From: Macrostomum lignano
Lineage: Eukaryota
Direction: 5' to 3'
Length of the DNA: 64,000 bases
NCBI GenBank assembly: GCA_002269645.1
Contig: NIVC01002218.1
Span: 127,520 to 191,519 of the forward strand
Shown one piece after another: positions 58,940 through 64,000 of the stretch. The notes beneath the pieces were generated by a model. That model had not been told where the DNA came from. It worked only from the letters and a program-made list of their open reading frames with translations, and made no database searches. Positions within the stretch are counted from its first letter, which is position 1. The number at the start of each line of letters is the position of its first letter. Both the position numbers and the translations under genes were made by a program.

Positions 58940-59768
58940 CATGGGTCGGCAAAACTTTTTTACCTCAAGGGCCAGATAGAGAACCTAGAGAATGGGTTGG
59001 CAAACTTTTTTACCTCAAGGGCCAGATAGAGAACCTAGAGAATGGGTTGGCAAACTTTTTTACCTCAAGGGCCAGATAGAGAACCTAGAGAATGGGTTGG
59101 CAAACTTTTTTACCTCAAGGGCCAGATAGAGAACCTAGAGAATGGGTTGGCAAACTTTTTTACCTCAAGGGCCAGATAGAGAACCTAGAGAATGGGTTGG
59201 CAAACTTTTTTACCTCAAGGGCCAGATAGAGAACTAGAGAATGGGTTGGCAAACTTTTTTACCTCAAGGGCCAGATAGAGAACCTAGAGAATGGGTTGGC
59301 AAACTTTTTTACCTCAAGGGCCAGATAGAGAACCTAGAGAATGGGTTGGCAAACTTTTTTACCTCAAGGGCCAGATAGAGAACCTAGAGAATGGGTTGGC
59401 AAACTTTTTTACCTCAAGGGCCAGATAGAGAACCTAGAGAATGGGTTGGCAAACTTTTTTACCTCAAGGGCCAGATAGAGAACCCAGAGAATGACTGCGG
59501 GCTAGAGGAGGGGAGAGAGGAGAGGGAATAAAGGAGAGAGAAGGGAGATAAGAGAAAGGAGAGGCGATAGAATAAAAAAGAACAGAGGAGGAGAAAAGAG
59601 GAGAGAGGAGAGGAGAGAGAAAGAGAGTACAGTGGAGATTACATGTAGAGAGAAGAGCGCTGAGAAGAGATATAAACATTGAGTGGGCCGGGTTGCTATT
59701 GTAAAGTTTCAAAAGACCGGAAGGCCGGATAGAGAAAGGCTCTGCGGGCCAGAGTTTGCCGACCCCTG
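58940..59768. mobile_element. Second hAT MITE, inverted, whose terminal 50 bp is amplified about 11 times
   Basis: catgggtcggcaaaa ... gtttgccgacccctg; unit gaacctagagaatgggttggcaaacttttttacctcaagggccagataga. Confidence 0.8.
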
Positions 59769-61771
59769 AGTCATAGCAGGGTAAAAAGCAATGCTTCGTA
59801 AGTTATTAAGTTGCTACGCGGCCTAGAGGAATAAATGAACATATCTTTCGCACAAAAGACACTAGAAATTGGAGCGTATCGGTCTATTTACAATTCTTAG
59901 GATTTGCATCTAGAATATGGCAGCAGATTTTTTATCAATAAAAGTACAGCTTATACTTGGTTTACAGATAAGATAAGTGATTTCCTGTCTGGCCATTCTA
60001 TTTACACAGCTATTTCTGTGAGCTCTGTGCTCAGAAGTAGTATTCTGGAGTAGCTGTGAGGCTTGCCCCTAGCCTTGATTGTATTATGTCTTCTCGTCTA
60101 AGGCCTCGGAGCCCTCGGGCGTTTTCGGGAAGATCTTTTTTCTTCAGGGTCTCTGCCTGAGTGCCTGCATTTCCTTGCTTTATAAGTCACACGGTGTCTG
60201 CAAACTTTAGTCGCGCGTAGGACGGGGCCGGGAGCCGTCTCCAAGCGTTTCATCATGATGTTTTACCCTGCTGACGCTTCTTGCTGTCCCCTCTGTCTCG
60301 GTTGCCTCTATTTTGATCGAACGACTTTTTCTTTTTCAACTGTTCTTTTAGAAGTGGCTGGACTCTTCTAGTCTGCGCCTAAAACACTTTCTTTTTTTCT
60401 CTGGATTCTAATTACACAGTTTCCTTGCCTACGGAAGCTCGGTATAGTTTTTCATAGGCTAGCACTAGTACCATTAATCATATTACCAGCCATACGGTGA
60501 GCCTGAGCGGTGTTCTCTTCACTCAAGTCTTTTCAATCATCCACACGGCTCGGGCTTGATTACCTATCGAATTCGAGTGTCCGAGTGGCAGCCCCCCCCC
60601 CCCGCTGCCGCCGATATGACGGAAGAGCATTTTTGTTGTGGCGAAATAGGAAGGGCAGACTGGGGATTTATAAAAGTGCATCGTCTCGCTAGCGCTGTAT
60701 CCGCTCTCTTCTCTCCCTCTTTGGATTAATACGGGTCTGTGTTATGTCAATCCTCAACCCTGGACAGTTGCCTCTGTGCCTCCCAGTCTTGTTAGCTTGC
60801 CCAGTTAAAGAGTCCAGCGCGTTAATTGCATCCGTGTACAGTTCTCCCGGCTGACCCTGCCGCAGAGGCGCGCTATCAGCTGTTAGAATCAGCGGGTCGG
60901 CTTGATTGCAGTGCTACGGCCAAAATAGATTGCTTCTGTTGGATAGTATAGCATTATTTTCGATATATCTGTTTATTACTATATCAGAGCTTTAGCCTTG
61001 ACGTCTGCAGATTATTGCCCGCGAAACTGCTTGCCTAGTATTCGTGAGCGGCATTTTTCTTCCGAAACCAAGGTGTTCATAAAAATTAGATTCATTATAA
61101 TAAGTAATGCAGATATTGACTAAATACTTGACCAGATGAAAACGTACCAAGGCCAAGAAGCGTCCCAGTGAGTCTCTTGCATCGGCCCAGAGTCGTTCAG
61201 AGTCGTTGCAGTAACACAGATGAAATAGGCAAAGAAGTGACTATAGAGACTACTTTTAAAAGATGAAATGTCACGGTACAAGTCGCCAAGAAGTCGCTCT
61301 AAGAGTCAATTTGAGGCGTTTTTATTTGTCTGCGACTCTGAAACGACTTTAGGGCGACGCAAGTGACTTTGGACCGTAGAGTCCTATCTGAGACGTGCCA
61401 GAGTCGCTATAGAATCACTGATTGCGTCTAAAGTGCATCTGCGTCAACTATTTAGTCTACTTGAGTTAGAAAAGTTAAGCGTTAACACAACTGAATTTTA
61501 AACAACTTTTTTCGCGACTCTTACGATTTGCAACTCGCGTGCATGCTGCCTCTCCTGACGTCGTCAGTCGCCTCTCCGTCGCATTACAGTCAATTGAGTA
61601 ATTAAAAATTCACAGAAGTCGCTAGTGAGTTGTTGTAATCACTCTAGCGATTCTTGTCACGTTAACGTCAATATGATCCATTCCAAGTATCCAGTAATCC
61701 AGCCTTGCTGCAGAATTCTTTTCCCTCTCGATTTCAGATTCTCGCCGTTCGAACTGACAAATAGCTATTAA

Positions 61772-62590
61772 TTAGTCAAGGGCGTCAGCGAGATTGAATG
61801 CGGCGCTAAGGCTGGACACGCGGACAGTTTGCCTGAAGTGAACTGGCGCAATGGCATCGCAAAGACTGACGCCGAGGCCGGAGTTAAAGTGGCCAATAAT
61901 CGCGAGTTTTTCGTTTGCAATGCCAACATAGTTGGGCATAGGAATCGAGTTGTGGGGCCACAGGAACACGGTGACAGGGAATGGCAACCAGAGTGTACGG
62001 CAATTGAACCGGGTGGCCGGCACCGCACACTGTCCGGGGCATCAACAATCGGCGTTGTCGGTGTCAAAAAATGACGTCAAAAATGACGTCATCGATGCTA
62101 GCACTCTTGGCAGCGCCGGCTCCTCCGCTCCGTCCTCGTCGACATCCTCGGCCGAGGAATCGGCGTCGAACGATGGCGAATCTGCCGCGGCGGCCGAAGT
62201 CCTTGTCAGCGTCTGCAAGCGGGTCGAGTTCGAACCGACGCCAATGGGCGGCGCCAGCGCGAAAATTTTCACGTCGAACTGGTCGAGCGCCGACTATTTG
62301 GGGTGGATTTGTCCTCGTCTTGGACGGCCAGCTCGCCGTTGAAAGGATTCAACAATCCAGACACTCTGTACGATTTGTCCGGTCTGGATGGCGCGGACTC
62401 GGACGCCGCCGGCCTGCCCTGCTGCGTCTGCCTCGGCCGGGAGCGCTGCGTCAAGCTGTCCCCCTGCCGGCACGTGCCGGTGTGTCTGGCCTGCGCCAAG
62501 CGCCTGTTTAACGGGGCTCGAACCCGGACTGTCGCTTGTCCGCTGTGTCGCTCGCCTGTTGAATCGGTTGAACGACTGTTTTTGAACTGA
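61772..62590 (+). CDS. RING-HC finger gene with N-terminal Gly/Asn heptad repeats; frameshifted (pseudogene or sequence errors)
   Basis: C-terminal CCVCLGRERCVKLSPCRHVPVCLACAKRL...CPLCRSPVESVERLFLN (C3HC4 type, IAP/MEX3-like spacing). Upstream coding-like sequence switches frames at G runs. Start unresolved. Confidence 0.65.
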
Positions 62591-62693
62591 TTGAATGCGA
62601 GTTTAGTCTAAATATGTGGGAGAGATATCTGAGCATTTACCAGCTGCTCAACTCGTATGGAAGCTGATCTTATCTTAGCCGGTAGACGCTTAG

Positions 62694-63400
62694 ATCACCT
62701 GGAGGCTACTGTACTGCTTAGCTCACCTGGAGGCTACTGTACTGCTTAGCTCACCTGGAGGCTACTGTACTGATTAGCTCACCTGGAGGCTACTGTACTG
62801 ATTAGCTCACCTGGAGGCTACTGTACTGATTAGCTCACCTGGAGGCTACTGTAGTGATTAGCTCACCTGGAGGCTACTGTACTGCTTAGCTCACCTAGAG
62901 GCTACTGTACTGATTAGCTCACCAGGAGGCTACTGTACTGCTTAGCTCACCAGGAGGCTACTGTACTGCTTAGCTCACCTGGAGGCTACTGTACTGCTTA
63001 GCTCACCAGGAGGCTACTGTACTGCTTAGCTCACCAGGAGGCTACTGTACTGCTTAGCTCACCTGGAGGCTACTGTACTGATTAGCTCACCTGGAGGCTA
63101 CTGTACTGATTAGCTCACCTGGAGGCTACTGTAGTGATTAGCTCACCTGGAGGCTACTGTACTGCTTAGCTCACCTAGAGGCTACTGTACTGATTAGCTC
63201 ACCAGGAGGCTACTGTACTGCTTAGCTCACCAGGAGGCTACTGTACTGCTTAGCTCACCAGGAGGCTACTGTACTGCTTAGCTCACCTGGAGGCTACTGT
63301 ACTGCTTAGCTCACCTGGAGGCTACTGTACTGCTTAGCTCACCTGGAGGCTACTGTACTGATTAGCTCACCTGGAAGCTACTGTACTACTTAGCTCATCT
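62694..63400. repeat. 28-bp minisatellite (tcacctggaggctactgtactgcttagc), ~25 copies
   Basis: Period 28 seen directly. Confidence 0.96.
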
Positions 63401-64000
63401 GTAAGCTCCATAGCGCAGCTTAGCGTTACGTGGGTCACAGAAGATATTAAGCTGCCCTATAATAAGCAGTTTATCTCCACCTCGAAACTGCCCCAATTCA
63501 AATAAATCCTTTTTAACCCGCCTTTCTAAGCAAATTAATTGGTCCGTTTTTACAAAAGAAAAATAGCATCTCTCTCCTATTGTGTTTGCTTTGATTGTGA
63601 CTAAAAAATGATTGATCATCAGTTAGGATTTATTGATAGTCTAGACTATAGTCTCTACTGCATTGAATTGCATCGGGCATTGATTTTCGCAGAGCTTTTT
63701 CTCTCTTGACAAAAGATTTCTTATAATTTAGCTTATACCAACAATTCTGCACTGTTCTGTCTGTTTTCTACACAAATCTAGTCGTTATTTATAAAAATGA
63801 TATATTACAATATTTCATGAAAAAATACATTTTGCTGGAGATTTTCCTCAGGTTTTGTCATAGATGTTGTTATCGAATTAGCTTTATTCGAATTTTTGCT
63901 ATTGCTTGCTACATAGTGCCGCAAACTTCAATGGTCTCGAGTAAGAGTTTTTTTAGATTTATTTTAATTAGATATTGGATTAAAGTCAAAACTTTTTCGT

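Overview
Eukaryotic (animal) genomic DNA. GC-rich spliced exons, AT-rich islands and dense intronic minisatellites suggest a repeat-rich invertebrate, possibly a Macrostomum-like flatworm (inference only). Two complete host genes were reconstructed by hand with consistent splice phases. One is a 12-exon Sec24C/D-like COPII gene (+, 10849-28744, 1104 aa). The other is a 6-exon type I PKA regulatory subunit (-, 53704-34263, 382 aa). The window also holds a convergent pair of tRNA-Asp(GTC) genes, a partial gene running off the left edge, a frameshifted RING-finger gene near the right edge, LINE fragments, several MITEs and many minisatellites. The most notable structure is a three-level transposon nest in PKA-RI intron 1. 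The outer layer is a Foldback/MULE-like element with ~260-bp modular palindromic arms and a 9-bp TSD. Its left arm is split by a 10.6-kb CMC/EnSpm-like element, which itself carries a hAT MITE. The 10.6-kb element encodes a spliced DDE transposase, a spliced 636-aa B-box / coiled-coil / BEN-domain protein and two further orphan ORFs. All calls are from reading the sequence; no database searches were run.
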